From: an uncultured Duncaniella sp.
GTDB lineage: Bacteria > Bacteroidota > Bacteroidia > Bacteroidales > Muribaculaceae
Direction: 5' to 3'
DNA length: 64,000 nucleotides
Assembly: GCA_910578515.1 (NCBI GenBank)
Contig: CAJTQR010000004.1
Span: forward strand, 7,268-71,267
Below the pieces are notes generated by a model that was given only the letters and a program-made list of their open reading frames with translations, was not told the origin of the DNA and ran no database searches. Numbering within the stretch: the stretch's first letter is position 1; every line of letters begins with the position of its first letter. The position numbers and the translations under genes are program-made. Of this stretch, positions 1 to 10,202 are shown in pieces.

Positions 1-1
1 A

Positions 2-103
2 CTCCGCGTGGAAGGCTTCATGACCCGCGACCCTCGCGTCGTAGAACGCAAAAAGCCCGGTCGTCCCAAGGCACGCAAACGCTTCCAGTTCTCAAAGCGT
101 TAA
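2..103 (+). CDS. rpsI: 30S ribosomal protein S9, C-terminal fragment (gene begins upstream of the window)
   Basis: Frame 2 reads ...[21 protein letters not shown]. The basic ...RKxFQFSKR tail is the canonical S9 C-terminus, and rpsB-tsf follow. Confidence 0.85.
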   Translation, partial: LRVEGFMTRDPRVVERKKPGRPKARKRFQFSKR

Positions 104-221
104 TATTATTTACATTTTTCTCACTCCTCAAGTGTTTAGTATCTAAATCATTGAGATGGACACGTTCCCTACTCCTTGATTGTAATTTTTTCAAAGAACG
201 TAAACAACATTATCAAAACTC

Positions 222-1043
222 ATGTCAACTCCTACATTTGACCAACTCCTCGAAGCAGGTTGCCATTTTGGCCACATGAAAAGAAAATGGAATCCTGCTA
301 TGGCTCCTTACATCTTCATGGAGCGTAACGGTATCCACATCATTGACCTCTATAAGACTCAGGCTAAGCTTGAGGAAGCAGCTGCAGCTCTTCGCAACAT
401 AGCTAAGGGTGGCAAAAAGATTCTCTTCGTTGCTACCAAGAAGCAGGCTAAGGAAATCCTTGCCAACAAGGCTGAAAGCGTAAACATGCCTTACGTTATC
501 GAACGCTGGCCCGGTGGTATGCTCACCAACTTCCCCACTATCCGCAAGGCTGTGAAGAAGATGGCTTCTATCGACAAGATGACCAAGGATGGCACTTTCG
601 ACAACCTTTCAAAGCGTGAAAAGCTTCAGATTACCCGTCAGCGCGCTAAACTCGAAAAGAACCTCGGTTCTATCGCTGACCTCAACCGCCTTCCCTCTGC
701 ACTTTTCGTTATCGACGTAGCTAAGGAACACATCGCTGTTGCTGAAGCTAACCGTCTCGGTATCCCCGTATTCGGTATCGTCGACACTAACTCTGACCCC
801 AACAACGTTGACTTCGTTATCCCCGCAAATGATGACGCTTCAAAGTCAATCGAAATCATCCTCAACACTGTTTGCGAGTCAATCAACGAAGGTCTTGAGG
901 AACGTAAGGTTGAGAAAGCTGACGAAAAGGCTTCTGCTGAGAACGCTGAATCAGCTCCCCGTCGCGAACGTCGCCGTGTGAACCGCAAGGAAAACACTGA
1001 AGCTGCTCCCGCCGCTGAAGCTGCAACTGAAGCTGCAGAATAA
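222..1043 (+). CDS. rpsB: 30S ribosomal protein S2
   Basis: ATG start. N-terminus LLEAGCHFGHMKRKWNPAMAPYIFMERNGIHIIDL is typical of S2. Acidic Ala/Glu-rich tail. Confidence 0.97.
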   Translation: MSTPTFDQLLEAGCHFGHMKRKWNPAMAPYIFMERNGIHIIDLYKTQAKLEEAAAALRNIAKGGKKILFVATKKQAKEILANKAESVNMPYVIERWPGGMLTNFPTIRKAVKKMASIDKMTKDGTFDNLSKREKLQITRQRAKLEKNLGSIADLNRLPSALFVIDVAKEHIAVAEANRLGIPVFGIVDTNSDPNNVDFVIPANDDASKSIEIILNTVCESINEGLEERKVEKADEKASAENAESAPRRERRRVNRKENTEAAPAAEAATEAAE

Positions 1044-1095
1044 TTACTCTCCTTTTTATCCCCTAATTTTTAACTCCCAAACAATTCAAAATATT

Positions 1096-2088
1096 ATGGC
1101 AGTTACAATGGCAGAAATCACCAAGCTCCGTAACTTGACAAGCGCCGGCTTGATGGACTGCAAAAAAGCTCTCGCCGAAACTAACGGTGACATCGAAGCT
1201 GCTGTCGAGATTCTTCGCAAGAAGGGTCAGGCTGTAGCAGCTAAGCGTGAAGACCGCCAGGCTTCCGAAGGTCATGTAATCGCAAGAACCGACGGTAAGT
1301 TCGCAGCTATCCTCGCTCTCAACTGTGAGACTGACTTCGTGGCTAAGAATGCTGGCTTCGTAGCTCTCGCTACCAAGCTCATCGACATCGCTATGGAGCA
1401 CAAATTCAAGACTGTTGAAGAGCTCAAGGCTTTCGTTGTTGACGGTCAGACTATCGCTGACCTCATCACCGAGGAGAGCGGTAAGACTGGTGAAAAGACC
1501 GAAATCGGTGCTTACGTTACCGTTGAGGCAGCTACCGCAGCAGCTTACAATCACTTCAACAACAAGCTTGCAGCTATCGTAGGTTTCAACCTCGAAGGTG
1601 TTGACCCTCAGGTTGGTCGCGAAATCTGCATGCAGATTGCATCTATGAACCCCGTAGCCGTTTCACGCAACGACGTTCCCCAGGCAACTATCGACCAGGA
1701 AATCAGTGTTGCTGTAGAAAAGACCAAGCAGGAACAGGTTCGCAAGGCTGTTGAAGCTGCTCTTAAGAAAGCAGGTCTCAACCCCAATCACTTCGACTCT
1801 GAGGACCACATCGAGAGCAACATCTCTAAGGGCTGGATTACAGAAGAAGACGCTGCTAAGGGTCGCGAAATCATCAAGACCACTTCAGAAGCTAAGGCTG
1901 CAAACCTCCCCGAAGCTATGATTCAGAACATCGCTAACGGTCGTCTCAACAAGTTCTTCAAGGAATCTTGCCTCATGGAACAGGAATATGTTCAGGACAG
2001 CAAGCTTACCGTTGGTCAGTTCCTTGACCAGACCCAGAAGGGACTCGTTGTTGTTGACTTCAAGCGTGTCAACCTCAATCAGGACTAA
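1096..2088 (+). CDS. tsf: translation elongation factor Ts
   Basis: ITKLRNLTSAGLMDCKKALAETNGDIEAAVEILRKKG is the UBA-like EF-Ts N-terminus. Lies directly after rpsB. Confidence 0.97.
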   Translation: MAVTMAEITKLRNLTSAGLMDCKKALAETNGDIEAAVEILRKKGQAVAAKREDRQASEGHVIARTDGKFAAILALNCETDFVAKNAGFVALATKLIDIAMEHKFKTVEELKAFVVDGQTIADLITEESGKTGEKTEIGAYVTVEAATAAAYNHFNNKLAAIVGFNLEGVDPQVGREICMQIASMNPVAVSRNDVPQATIDQEISVAVEKTKQEQVRKAVEAALKKAGLNPNHFDSEDHIESNISKGWITEEDAAKGREIIKTTSEAKAANLPEAMIQNIANGRLNKFFKESCLMEQEYVQDSKLTVGQFLDQTQKGLVVVDFKRVNLNQD

Positions 2089-2120
2089 TCCTCCAAGCAA
2101 AGTCATAACATCGCAATAAT

Positions 2121-2164
2121 TGACAGGCTGACGTTTTTGTTTCTCGTCAGCCTGTCATTTTTTT
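2121..2164 (+). terminator. rho-independent terminator of rpsB-tsf
   Basis: Perfect 13-bp stem tgacaggctgacg/cgtcagcctgtca, 11-nt loop, then a T7 run. Confidence 0.8.
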
Positions 2165-2221
2165 CTGTCGGAGAAACCCACACAATTGTCTAAATCATTT
2201 GCCTTCCTCGCTCAAAACTCC

Positions 2222-2229
2222 TAACTTTG
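2222..2229 (+). promoter_or_regulatory. putative Bacteroidota -7 box (TAnnTTTG)
   Basis: TAACTTTG, 22 nt before the ATG at 2252. Confidence 0.4.
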
Positions 2230-2251
2230 CGTATTTCCAAATCATATTCAC

Positions 2252-3352
2252 ATGCGCGATATAGGATACAAACAGCAGCTCACCACATTCCTTACACATC
2301 TCCTGTGTATCACAATTCTATTTGTGCTTCCCGAACTGCTATGGAGCCTCTCATTCCCCTCACGCCCTATACATCTCTGGGTCTACGCCAAAGCGCTCGT
2401 ATACATCATAATATTCTATGTGAATTATTATGTGATAATCGAACGTTCCATTGACCGACCTCACAGTGTGCTCCGTTTCCTCGGGCAGAATCTGCTACTG
2501 CTACTTGTATCACTCCTCATTCTCTACCTAATATGGCGTTTCTTCGGCGACCAGATAGGTAACCCGTGGAAAAAAATGGGACGCAAACACCATGACCACT
2601 CGGAGCTTGTCTACATTGTCCGATGGACATCCGTACTCCTTCGTGACCTTGTCATGATTGTACTGACCATAGGTCTGGCTGCAGCCCTCCGCCTCAGCGA
2701 CAAATGGACATTAATATCGCAGCAAAAAAAGGATATGATAAGCTCGCAGCGCGAAGTTGAGCTAAAGAATCTCAAGAGTCAGCTAAACCCTCATTTCCTT
2801 TTCAACACCCTCAACAGCATCTATGCCCTGATTGCCATCTCTCCCGCCAAAGCACAGGATGCGGTGCATGAACTGAGCCGCCTACTGAGGTATGTACTCT
2901 ACGACAGCCCTACATCTGTGACAGTAAAACAGGAAATTGATTTCATCGACAATTATGTTAAGCTGATGCGTCTGCGACTTAGCCCGTCGCTCGACATTCA
3001 TGTCGACCTCAATGTGACCGGATGGGAAAACTACCGCATTGCCCCTCTCCTGTTCATCACCCTTATCGAGAATGTATTCAAACATGGTGTACACAACGTA
3101 CCCGAGGATAAAATAGTAATCTCAATCAAGGCTGCAGAAGGAGTCATAAAATGTCATGTTTCCAACACCATTCTTCCCGATACTCCATCTACATCCAGGT
3201 CAACCACCGGAGGCATAGGGATGCATAATCTCCGCCGACGTCTCCAGCTTCTCTACGGTGACCGCGCCACTCTCTGCATCAATGTCACAGATACCCTCTA
3301 CACTGTTGACCTTGATATACCGCTATCCGAATCTATCACCCAACCATCATAA
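2252..3352 (+). CDS. sensor histidine kinase, LytS/YehU-type (His_kinase + HATPase_c)
   Basis: Hydrophobic N-terminal helices, then LKSQLNPHFLFNTLNSIYALI (His_kinase signature) and a C-terminal GGIGMHNLRRRLQLLYG ATPase motif. Confidence 0.85.
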   Translation: MRDIGYKQQLTTFLTHLLCITILFVLPELLWSLSFPSRPIHLWVYAKALVYIIIFYVNYYVIIERSIDRPHSVLRFLGQNLLLLLVSLLILYLIWRFFGDQIGNPWKKMGRKHHDHSELVYIVRWTSVLLRDLVMIVLTIGLAAALRLSDKWTLISQQKKDMISSQREVELKNLKSQLNPHFLFNTLNSIYALIAISPAKAQDAVHELSRLLRYVLYDSPTSVTVKQEIDFIDNYVKLMRLRLSPSLDIHVDLNVTGWENYRIAPLLFITLIENVFKHGVHNVPEDKIVISIKAAEGVIKCHVSNTILPDTPSTSRSTTGGIGMHNLRRRLQLLYGDRATLCINVTDTLYTVDLDIPLSESITQPS

Positions 3353-3371
3353 TCAAAATCCGATACTGAAA

Positions 3372-4121
3372 ATGATACTCCGTTGTTGCGTAATTGACGA
3401 TGAACCTTTAGCTTCCGGTCTCATCGCGTCCTACATAACCAAAACTCCGTTCATGGAACTTGCCGGTGAGTACTCCTCACCCAAGGATGCTATATCCATG
3501 ATTTTAGACGGAGATGTCGACTTAGTGTTTCTCGACATAAACATGCCGCAACTCAACGGCATCGAGTTCGCTAAAATAATACCTCCATCTGTCCGAATCA
3601 TTTTCACCACCGCCTACGACAATTATGCCGTGGAAGGTTTTCGCGTCAACGCCCTCGACTATCTCCTTAAACCTATCAGCTATGAGGAATTCCTGGCAGC
3701 AGGTAAACGAGCTCTACAGTGGGCCGACCTCAACAGCCGTAAAGCCGAAAACGAATCGTCGGCAACCAATCAGGAGTATATCATAGTGAAGAGCGAATAC
3801 AAGCTCATGCAGATTGCCGTAAAGGATATACTTTACATCGAAGGACTCAAAGACTATGTGAAAATCTACACCGAAGGCTCCGATAAGTCAATCATGACCC
3901 TCATAAGCATGAAAGCGCTTGAACGCAGCCTCCCTTCCCAGAGATTCATGCGCGTGCACCGCTCATACATAGTCAATCTATCAAAAATTCGTGTCATAGA
4001 GCGCAACCGTATTGTATTCGGCAAAGCTGTAATTCCGATATCCGAGAGTTACAAACAAGCGTTCGCCGACTATATAGCACAGCGAACGCTTACCATCCGT
4101 CCTGATGAGGACCAGGATTAA
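3372..4121 (+). CDS. LytR/AlgR-family response regulator (REC + LytTR)
   Basis: I chose the ATG at 3372 (MILRCCVIDDEPLA...DLVFLDINMP receiver). C-terminal LytTR motifs YIEGLKDYVKIYT and FMRVHRSYIVNL. The ORF-track start at 3258 overlaps the kinase. Confidence 0.9.
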   Translation: MILRCCVIDDEPLASGLIASYITKTPFMELAGEYSSPKDAISMILDGDVDLVFLDINMPQLNGIEFAKIIPPSVRIIFTTAYDNYAVEGFRVNALDYLLKPISYEEFLAAGKRALQWADLNSRKAENESSATNQEYIIVKSEYKLMQIAVKDILYIEGLKDYVKIYTEGSDKSIMTLISMKALERSLPSQRFMRVHRSYIVNLSKIRVIERNRIVFGKAVIPISESYKQAFADYIAQRTLTIRPDEDQD

Positions 4122-4137
4122 AAATCCGTAATGGCTT

Positions 4138-4941
4138 TTAAGCTGGAGTTTCCTCCGACTGCTCCACCACGGTATTCTCGGCAATCTCTTCCTTATTAGC
4201 GGAAGTTGATACTCTTAACGGCATCTTTACCCAAAAGCAATCAGGAATCAGACGCCATAGGTAATAGGCTGCTCTCCAGCGGCAGTCTATCACCACAACG
4301 CGGCTCTTGCGTATCAAAGCCTTTATTATGGCAGGCATTATCTCCTCCAGTTCCATCGTCATCGGATATTCACGGTCAGCCTTAAGAAGCGGTGTGCGTA
4401 TCCAACCCGGACGTATATCTGTAAATGACATCTGCATACCCTCCATATTAGCCAGCTGTTCCAAAGCTGTGAGATATGTCTGCTGATATTTCTTAGATGA
4501 TGAGTAGCTCGCAAGCTCTCCTATACCCTTGGTGCCTGCTATTGAGGTTATGGCTGCAATATGTCCGACCCCTGCACACTTATCCCGGAAATATCTGAAA
4601 GCCGTGTCAATCATACGTGTGAATCCAACCACATTTGTCTCGGCTGTAGCCACCTCCTCGCTTGTGTTAAGTCCGGTGCTCTCGTAACCAATCCCTGAAA
4701 CATGCAGGTAGATATCCATCCCTCCCAAATTCTTTATCAGGCGCTCAAGTCGCATCACGGAGTCCTTATGAGTTACATCTATATGCTCCCATTCAATCCT
4801 CTTGGGAAATCGTTTCTGCAGCTCCTTCATCACATCATCCTTTCTCCCTGCCACTCCTACACGCCAACCGGCTGTGGCATAAATCTCAGCTACACGCAAC
4901 CCGATTCCCGAAGTCGCTCCCATTATTACGATATGTTTCAT
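4138..4941 (-). CDS. SDR-family oxidoreductase
   Basis: MKHIVIMGATSGIGLRVA carries the TGxxxGIG Rossmann motif; YSSSK is the catalytic YxxxK. Confidence 0.85.
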   Translation of the reverse strand: MKHIVIMGATSGIGLRVAEIYATAGWRVGVAGRKDDVMKELQKRFPKRIEWEHIDVTHKDSVMRLERLIKNLGGMDIYLHVSGIGYESTGLNTSEEVATAETNVVGFTRMIDTAFRYFRDKCAGVGHIAAITSIAGTKGIGELASYSSSKKYQQTYLTALEQLANMEGMQMSFTDIRPGWIRTPLLKADREYPMTMELEEIMPAIIKALIRKSRVVVIDCRWRAAYYLWRLIPDCFWVKMPLRVSTSANKEEIAENTVVEQSEETPA

Positions 4942-5069
4942 AGAATATATATGTATTAATTGTTCATTATAAAAGAGCCTTGATAATAACTGTTAAGGCA
5001 CCTCTAACAGTTTAAACATCCGGCAGCGCCGAAATGTTAAGAGAATGCTAAAAAAACTTTGAGATAATA

Positions 5070-5118
5070 AAAAACATCAGTGGCAGTCCTTGAAAAAGAA
5101 ACTGCCACTGATGTTTTT
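5070..5118 (-). terminator. rho-independent terminator downstream of the PBP1A gene (bidirectional shape)
   Basis: 18-bp perfect stem aaaaacatcagtggcagt/actgccactgatgttttt flanked by A and T runs. Confidence 0.7.
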
Positions 5119-5148
5119 CACAAATACTTGCGATATATTATCAGGGCT

Positions 5149-7554
5149 TTAATCAAACACACCCTCTATTGATGATTCTTCAGCATTATGGTCGGCGTCA
5201 ACCGGCTCTTCGTAATAACCATAGAACTCTTTCTCACACAGATTAACATTTCCCGGAATATTGAAACGGGCTGACTGTGAATAATTGAGAGTCGGGTCAG
5301 AATATACCTTCTTCATGAAACGTCCATAAATCGGGAGAGCCATCGATGCTCCCTGACCGTAAGCCATAGTGTTGAAGTGGATATAGCGCTCATCGCCACC
5401 AACCCAAGTACCGGCTACAAGCTGAGGTGTGAAGCCCATAAACCAACCGTCGGCATTATAGTTGGTTGTACCTGTCTTGCCACCCATCTCTGCCGTGAGT
5501 CCGAAGCGCGAACGCACGCGGTGAGCTGTACCTTCATTGACAACATTGAGCAGCATAGACAATATTCTGTAATATGCCTTTTCGGAAATCACCTCTACGT
5601 GACGCGGTGAAAATTCTGATATAATGTTGCCGTTATTGTCGGCTATCGCTGTTACAAACATTGGGTCAACACGCATACCGTTATTGGCAAATGCCGAGTA
5701 AGCTGTCACCATTTCCTTAACCGACACATCTGCCGGACCGAGACACAGCGACATCACAGCAGGAAGGTCAGAAGTAATACCGAAATTATGCATGGTTCTT
5801 ACAAGAGATGATGGTGAGAGCTGAGATATCAAGCGCGCCGAAATCCAGTTGTTTGAGTTTGTGAGCGCCCATTTGAGGTCTACCATCTCACCCACTCTCG
5901 CACTTCCTGCATTTCTCGGAGCCCAGACTCTGCCTGCTTCGTCTGTAAGTACCGGTTGCGTGTTGGAAAGTTCATCACAAGGAGTGAAACCTTCCTCCAT
6001 GGCGTAAGTGTAAAGAAACGGCTTCACGGTAGAACCAATCTGTCGCTTGCCGGTAGAAACCATGTCATATTGAAAATACGAGAAGTTTGGACCACCCACA
6101 TACGCTTTAATGTGACCGTTGAGCGGGTCCATAGCCATAAAGCCGGTACGGAGAAAATGCTTGTGATAAAGCACCGAGTCAAGCGGTGTCATCACGGTAT
6201 CAACAGAGCCGGAGTAACTGAACACCTTCATCTCTCTCGGGGTATTGAACGCCTTGTTGATTTCATCGCGTGAAGCCCCCGCCTTTACCATCACACGGTA
6301 ACGGTCGGTATTCTTCATGGCGTTTCTTATAAGATGATTTCTGCGTATTTCTGAAAGCTCGGCACGGTCAGTGGTGTAAGGGGCACCTTTAGTACCACGT
6401 TTCTCACGGAAAAATGCTTTCTGAAGGTCACCGCCAAGATGCTCAGCCACAGCCTCCTCCGCATACTGCTGCATGCGCGAGTCAATGGTGGTGTAAATCT
6501 TAAGACCGTCAGTATAGATGTCATACTTCGACCCATCAGGTTTCGGATTCTTCTCAATCCATCCATACAGCGGATTTGTATCCCATGCTATGGAATCATC
6601 CACATACTTCTGACGTTCCCATGAACGATAATTTGAACGTTCGGGCTTCTTGGCACGGAGCATACGGCGAAGTTCTTCGCGGAAGTAAGGAGCGATGCCA
6701 TCCTTCGTATCTACTCTGTGAAAGTTTAGTTTCAGGGGGAGAGCGCTGAGGCTGTCGAGCTCGGCGCGTGTAATTTTGCCGGCTTTCTCCATCTGCTGCA
6801 ACACAACGTTACGACGCTGACGGGTGCGCTCATTCTGCCTCACCGGATTATAGTAGGCTGGGTTCTTCACCATTCCCACCAATGTAGCCGCTTCCTCTAT
6901 ACTCAGGTCCTTCGGAGCTTTGCCGAAATAGATATGAGCCGCACTCTTGATACCAACGGCATTGTAAAGGAAGTCAAACTGATTAAGATACATCTTTATA
7001 ATCTCTTCCTTAGAGTAGTAGCGCTCAAGTTTGACAGCTATCATCCACTCGATAGGCTTCTGCATGGCGCGGGTCATAAGTCCGGAGCTTGTGGGCGAAT
7101 AGAGCTGCTTTGCAAGCTGCTGTGTCAGAGTTGAACCGCCTCCGGCGTTCTTATTGCCCATTAGCACAGTCTTAAACAGCACACGCCCGAGACCACGCAT
7201 GTCAATGCCCGAATGCTCTTCAAAACGAACATCCTCGGTTGATATCAATGCGTCAATGACATGCTGCGACACTTCATCAAAGTCGGCATATACACGGTTG
7301 CCTGTACCTGAAAAATAACGGCCTATCTCCTTGCCGTCGGACGAATAAAGCACTGAAGCAAATCTGTCGGCAGGATTCTTCAGCTCCTCTACAGGCGGCA
7401 TATAACCTATCACCCCGTTGTATACGAGGAAAAGGAAGAAAAACACACCGAAAACCATTGCCACGAAGACAATCCACATCGTAGCTATGATTCCACGATG
7501 TGACTTTTTCGGCTTGTCAGTTTTTTTATCTGGTTGGTGCTTTGTAGGTTCCAT
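5149..7554 (-). CDS. penicillin-binding protein 1A (bifunctional glycosyltransferase/transpeptidase)
   Basis: EDVRFEEHSGID and GGSTLTQQLAK (GT51 motifs); GSTVKPF (SxxK); N-terminal membrane anchor. Confidence 0.92.
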   Translation of the reverse strand: MEPTKHQPDKKTDKPKKSHRGIIATMWIVFVAMVFGVFFFLFLVYNGVIGYMPPVEELKNPADRFASVLYSSDGKEIGRYFSGTGNRVYADFDEVSQHVIDALISTEDVRFEEHSGIDMRGLGRVLFKTVLMGNKNAGGGSTLTQQLAKQLYSPTSSGLMTRAMQKPIEWMIAVKLERYYSKEEIIKMYLNQFDFLYNAVGIKSAAHIYFGKAPKDLSIEEAATLVGMVKNPAYYNPVRQNERTRQRRNVVLQQMEKAGKITRAELDSLSALPLKLNFHRVDTKDGIAPYFREELRRMLRAKKPERSNYRSWERQKYVDDSIAWDTNPLYGWIEKNPKPDGSKYDIYTDGLKIYTTIDSRMQQYAEEAVAEHLGGDLQKAFFREKRGTKGAPYTTDRAELSEIRRNHLIRNAMKNTDRYRVMVKAGASRDEINKAFNTPREMKVFSYSGSVDTVMTPLDSVLYHKHFLRTGFMAMDPLNGHIKAYVGGPNFSYFQYDMVSTGKRQIGSTVKPFLYTYAMEEGFTPCDELSNTQPVLTDEAGRVWAPRNAGSARVGEMVDLKWALTNSNNWISARLISQLSPSSLVRTMHNFGITSDLPAVMSLCLGPADVSVKEMVTAYSAFANNGMRVDPMFVTAIADNNGNIISEFSPRHVEVISEKAYYRILSMLLNVVNEGTAHRVRSRFGLTAEMGGKTGTTNYNADGWFMGFTPQLVAGTWVGGDERYIHFNTMAYGQGASMALPIYGRFMKKVYSDPTLNYSQSARFNIPGNVNLCEKEFYGYYEEPVDADHNAEESSIEGVFD

Positions 7555-7630
7555 TAAGGATTCTTATGCTATTTTGGATTGATTACAGGTGTTTTATGAA
7601 CGGCTCAATCAGCGAACCCGCTCGAAGATG

Positions 7631-7638
7631 CAAATTTA
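7631..7638 (-). promoter_or_regulatory. putative -7 box (TAAATTTG on minus strand)
   Basis: Plus strand CAAATTTA, 77 nt upstream of the PBP1A ATG. Confidence 0.4.
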
Positions 7639-7799
7639 CAAAAAATTTCCGATGCTATCACTCAATTATCACCGGAGATTTTCTCTTGCACTATCTAACT
7701 ATACATATATTTTGTATTACAACTTAATCACAGCCTTAGTCCAACCATTGTAAGTCAACGATTACCAGCTTCTTTAGCAACATTGTCGCGACTTTTACA

Positions 7800-8681
7800 C
7801 TATTCTCTGGGTCCTACCGGAAGTGCGCCCATACGCGGGATTGGCACTGTTGGATTCTGCATCCTCCTGTTAGACTTGTCTCGCTGATTGTACATGAGAT
7901 TATACAATATGCCACCAACATCCACTCCGATGGCTGTACTTTTGTTTATACGGTAATAAGGTTTCACTATAGGTTGTGTGCGCCAATGACCGTTAGCAGA
8001 ATTCCGGTAACCCTGCGCACCCACTTGTACACCCCAATGCTCATTGAAGCTATAGTCCATATATCCTCCCACTGACGGAATGGCAATATACCCGGCTTCA
8101 GCTCCTCGCGGGTCACGTAACGGCGAATAGTAGCTGCCGAATACAGTAAAACTAATCTGGTCGGATGCTTGAAATGACAGCGAGCCACCAAAACCTACAC
8201 TACGGTCAAGTTTATTAAGTGACCCATATTTCTCGGCAGCGGCATAGGCGGAAAACGAAAACCTGCCAAAATTCTGGAATAAGCCCAACCGTCCGCTCTC
8301 AATACCCATCAGCCCAGGAAGAGATGCCATGGAAGTGAAACCAAATATTCCACCTCCATCCCATGCGGCTATTACACCGGGTACAGGTGACGCAAATGAA
8401 AATTCAGGCACATTCCTCATATTCCCTCCTGAAGTAATTTGCATAGCCTTATATTTAGCATTCAAACTTCTTATCTGCTCATCGTAGGTCAATGGGACAG
8501 CACCTGCTGTCACACCTGCATCACCAGTTCGAATCATACTGTCGGAAAGAGCTATACGCAGCGAATCACTCCCATCCAATAGACGCACATCAACCTCACG
8601 GACACTCTCGCCCGTACTCACCGTCTGTGCTGAAACCATCCCCGCACTAATCATAATCAAAAATAAGATTACCATCCTCAT
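7800..8681 (-). CDS. hypothetical secreted / outer-membrane protein
   Basis: The ORF-track start at 8708 is TTG; I used the ATG at 8681 (MRMVILFLIMISAGMVSAQ signal peptide). Gly/aromatic-rich alternating pattern suggests a beta-barrel. No family recognised. Confidence 0.6.
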   Translation of the reverse strand: MRMVILFLIMISAGMVSAQTVSTGESVREVDVRLLDGSDSLRIALSDSMIRTGDAGVTAGAVPLTYDEQIRSLNAKYKAMQITSGGNMRNVPEFSFASPVPGVIAAWDGGGIFGFTSMASLPGLMGIESGRLGLFQNFGRFSFSAYAAAEKYGSLNKLDRSVGFGGSLSFQASDQISFTVFGSYYSPLRDPRGAEAGYIAIPSVGGYMDYSFNEHWGVQVGAQGYRNSANGHWRTQPIVKPYYRINKSTAIGVDVGGILYNLMYNQRDKSNRRMQNPTVPIPRMGALPVGPRE

Positions 8682-8737
8682 ACCAGCAAACAATTGATTG
8701 GTTATCAAACCTCATAAAAACAAAAGGTTACCTATCG

Positions 8738-8745
8738 CAAAGATA
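8738..8745 (-). promoter_or_regulatory. putative -7 box (TATCTTTG on minus strand)
   Basis: Plus strand CAAAGATA, upstream of the 7800-8681 gene. Confidence 0.4.
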
Positions 8746-8844
8746 AGCAACCTAAATTTCAGTGCAAAACATTTTCCCTTATTTAATCTTAAATCCCACC
8801 CTAAAACCAATAAGAAAAAATGCGTCCGATTTATATGTCACACC

Positions 8845-10155
8845 TTACTTTCCTATAGCGGTATAATGGAAACCTTCAGAAATAACCTCCTCTTTGTCGT
8901 AAATATTTCTGCCGTCCACTATCACAGGATGCTTCATAACCTTGCGCATCACAGTCCACGAAGGCACTCTGAATTCCTTCCATTCTGTCACGAGAGCAAG
9001 CGCATCAGCATCAATCACAGCATCATACATATCCTTACAGTAGGTCACCTTATCTCCGATACGACGATGGCACTCCTTCATAGCTACCGGGTCATAGACT
9101 TTCACGGTTGCGCCTGCATCAAGCAGTCGCTCAATTATCACAAGCGCCGGAGCCTCACGCATATCATCGGTCTCAGGCTTAAAAGCCAACCCCCAAAGAG
9201 CTATAGTTTTTCCTGCAAGAGAACCGAGCTGTTGCTGCAGTTTATGGAACACTATTGATTTCTGACGCTCATTCACAGCCTCCACTGCTTCAATCACACC
9301 CATGGTGTAGCCATGTTCGCGTCCTGTATGAGCCAGCGCCTTCACATCCTTTGGGAAACAAGAACCGCCGTAACCGCACCCTGAATATAGGAACTTTGAA
9401 CCAATTCGGGCATCAGTTCCTATCCCTTTGCGCACATGGTCAACATTTGCTCCCACGAGGTCACATAGATTCGCAATATCATTCATAAACGATATACGGG
9501 TGGCAAGCATAGCATTTGCAGCATATTTGGTCATCTCAGCCGAGGGGATATCCATGAAGTAGACACGAAAATTATTCGTGAGGAATGGGCGGTAAAGCTT
9601 GGTCATTACCTTTCGGGCACGTTCACTCTCTATACCAACCACCACTCGGTCGGGCGACATAAAATCCTTGATAGCCGCACCCTCTTTCAAAAATTCAGGA
9701 TTGGATGCCACTTCAAACTCCACATTCTCCCCACGCTTTTCAAGCTCCTCAAGGATTGCCGCCTTGACTTTTAATGCGGTTCCCACAGGCACAGTGGATT
9801 TGGTCACAAGGATAGTATATTTCTTTATGTTACGCCCGAAAGTCCGTGCCACTTCAAGCACATATTTCAAGTCGGCCGAACCATCCTCGTCAGGAGGTGT
9901 ACCAACAGCCGAAAACACTACCTCAACATCGTCAAGACATGTAGTAAGGTCCGTGGTGAAATGCAGACGTCCGGCATCGACATTACGTTTCACAAGGTCA
10001 TCCAGCCCCGGCTCATAAATCGGAATTTCTCCGTCGAGCAGGCTCTTGATTTTATTCTCGTCAATATCCACGCATGTGACATCTATACCCATTTCAGCAA
10101 AACATGCGCCTGAAACGAGTCCCACATAGCCAGTGCCGACAATTGCAATATTCAT
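8845..10155 (-). CDS. ugd: UDP-glucose 6-dehydrogenase
   Basis: MNIAIVGTGYVGLVSGACFAEMG NAD-binding fold; GGSCFPKD catalytic Cys motif. Confidence 0.93.
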   Translation of the reverse strand: MNIAIVGTGYVGLVSGACFAEMGIDVTCVDIDENKIKSLLDGEIPIYEPGLDDLVKRNVDAGRLHFTTDLTTCLDDVEVVFSAVGTPPDEDGSADLKYVLEVARTFGRNIKKYTILVTKSTVPVGTALKVKAAILEELEKRGENVEFEVASNPEFLKEGAAIKDFMSPDRVVVGIESERARKVMTKLYRPFLTNNFRVYFMDIPSAEMTKYAANAMLATRISFMNDIANLCDLVGANVDHVRKGIGTDARIGSKFLYSGCGYGGSCFPKDVKALAHTGREHGYTMGVIEAVEAVNERQKSIVFHKLQQQLGSLAGKTIALWGLAFKPETDDMREAPALVIIERLLDAGATVKVYDPVAMKECHRRIGDKVTYCKDMYDAVIDADALALVTEWKEFRVPSWTVMRKVMKHPVIVDGRNIYDKEEVISEGFHYTAIGK

Positions 10156-10202
10156 ATTTCTATTGAGGTGTTATAGCTTATACTATTTAGCGATACTGAC
10201 GG

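Noticed and set aside
8698-9258. 186-aa plus-strand ORF overlapping the 3' end of ugd
   Set aside because: It is antisense to a strongly supported ugd gene, and its His/Ser/Lys-rich translation has no motifs.
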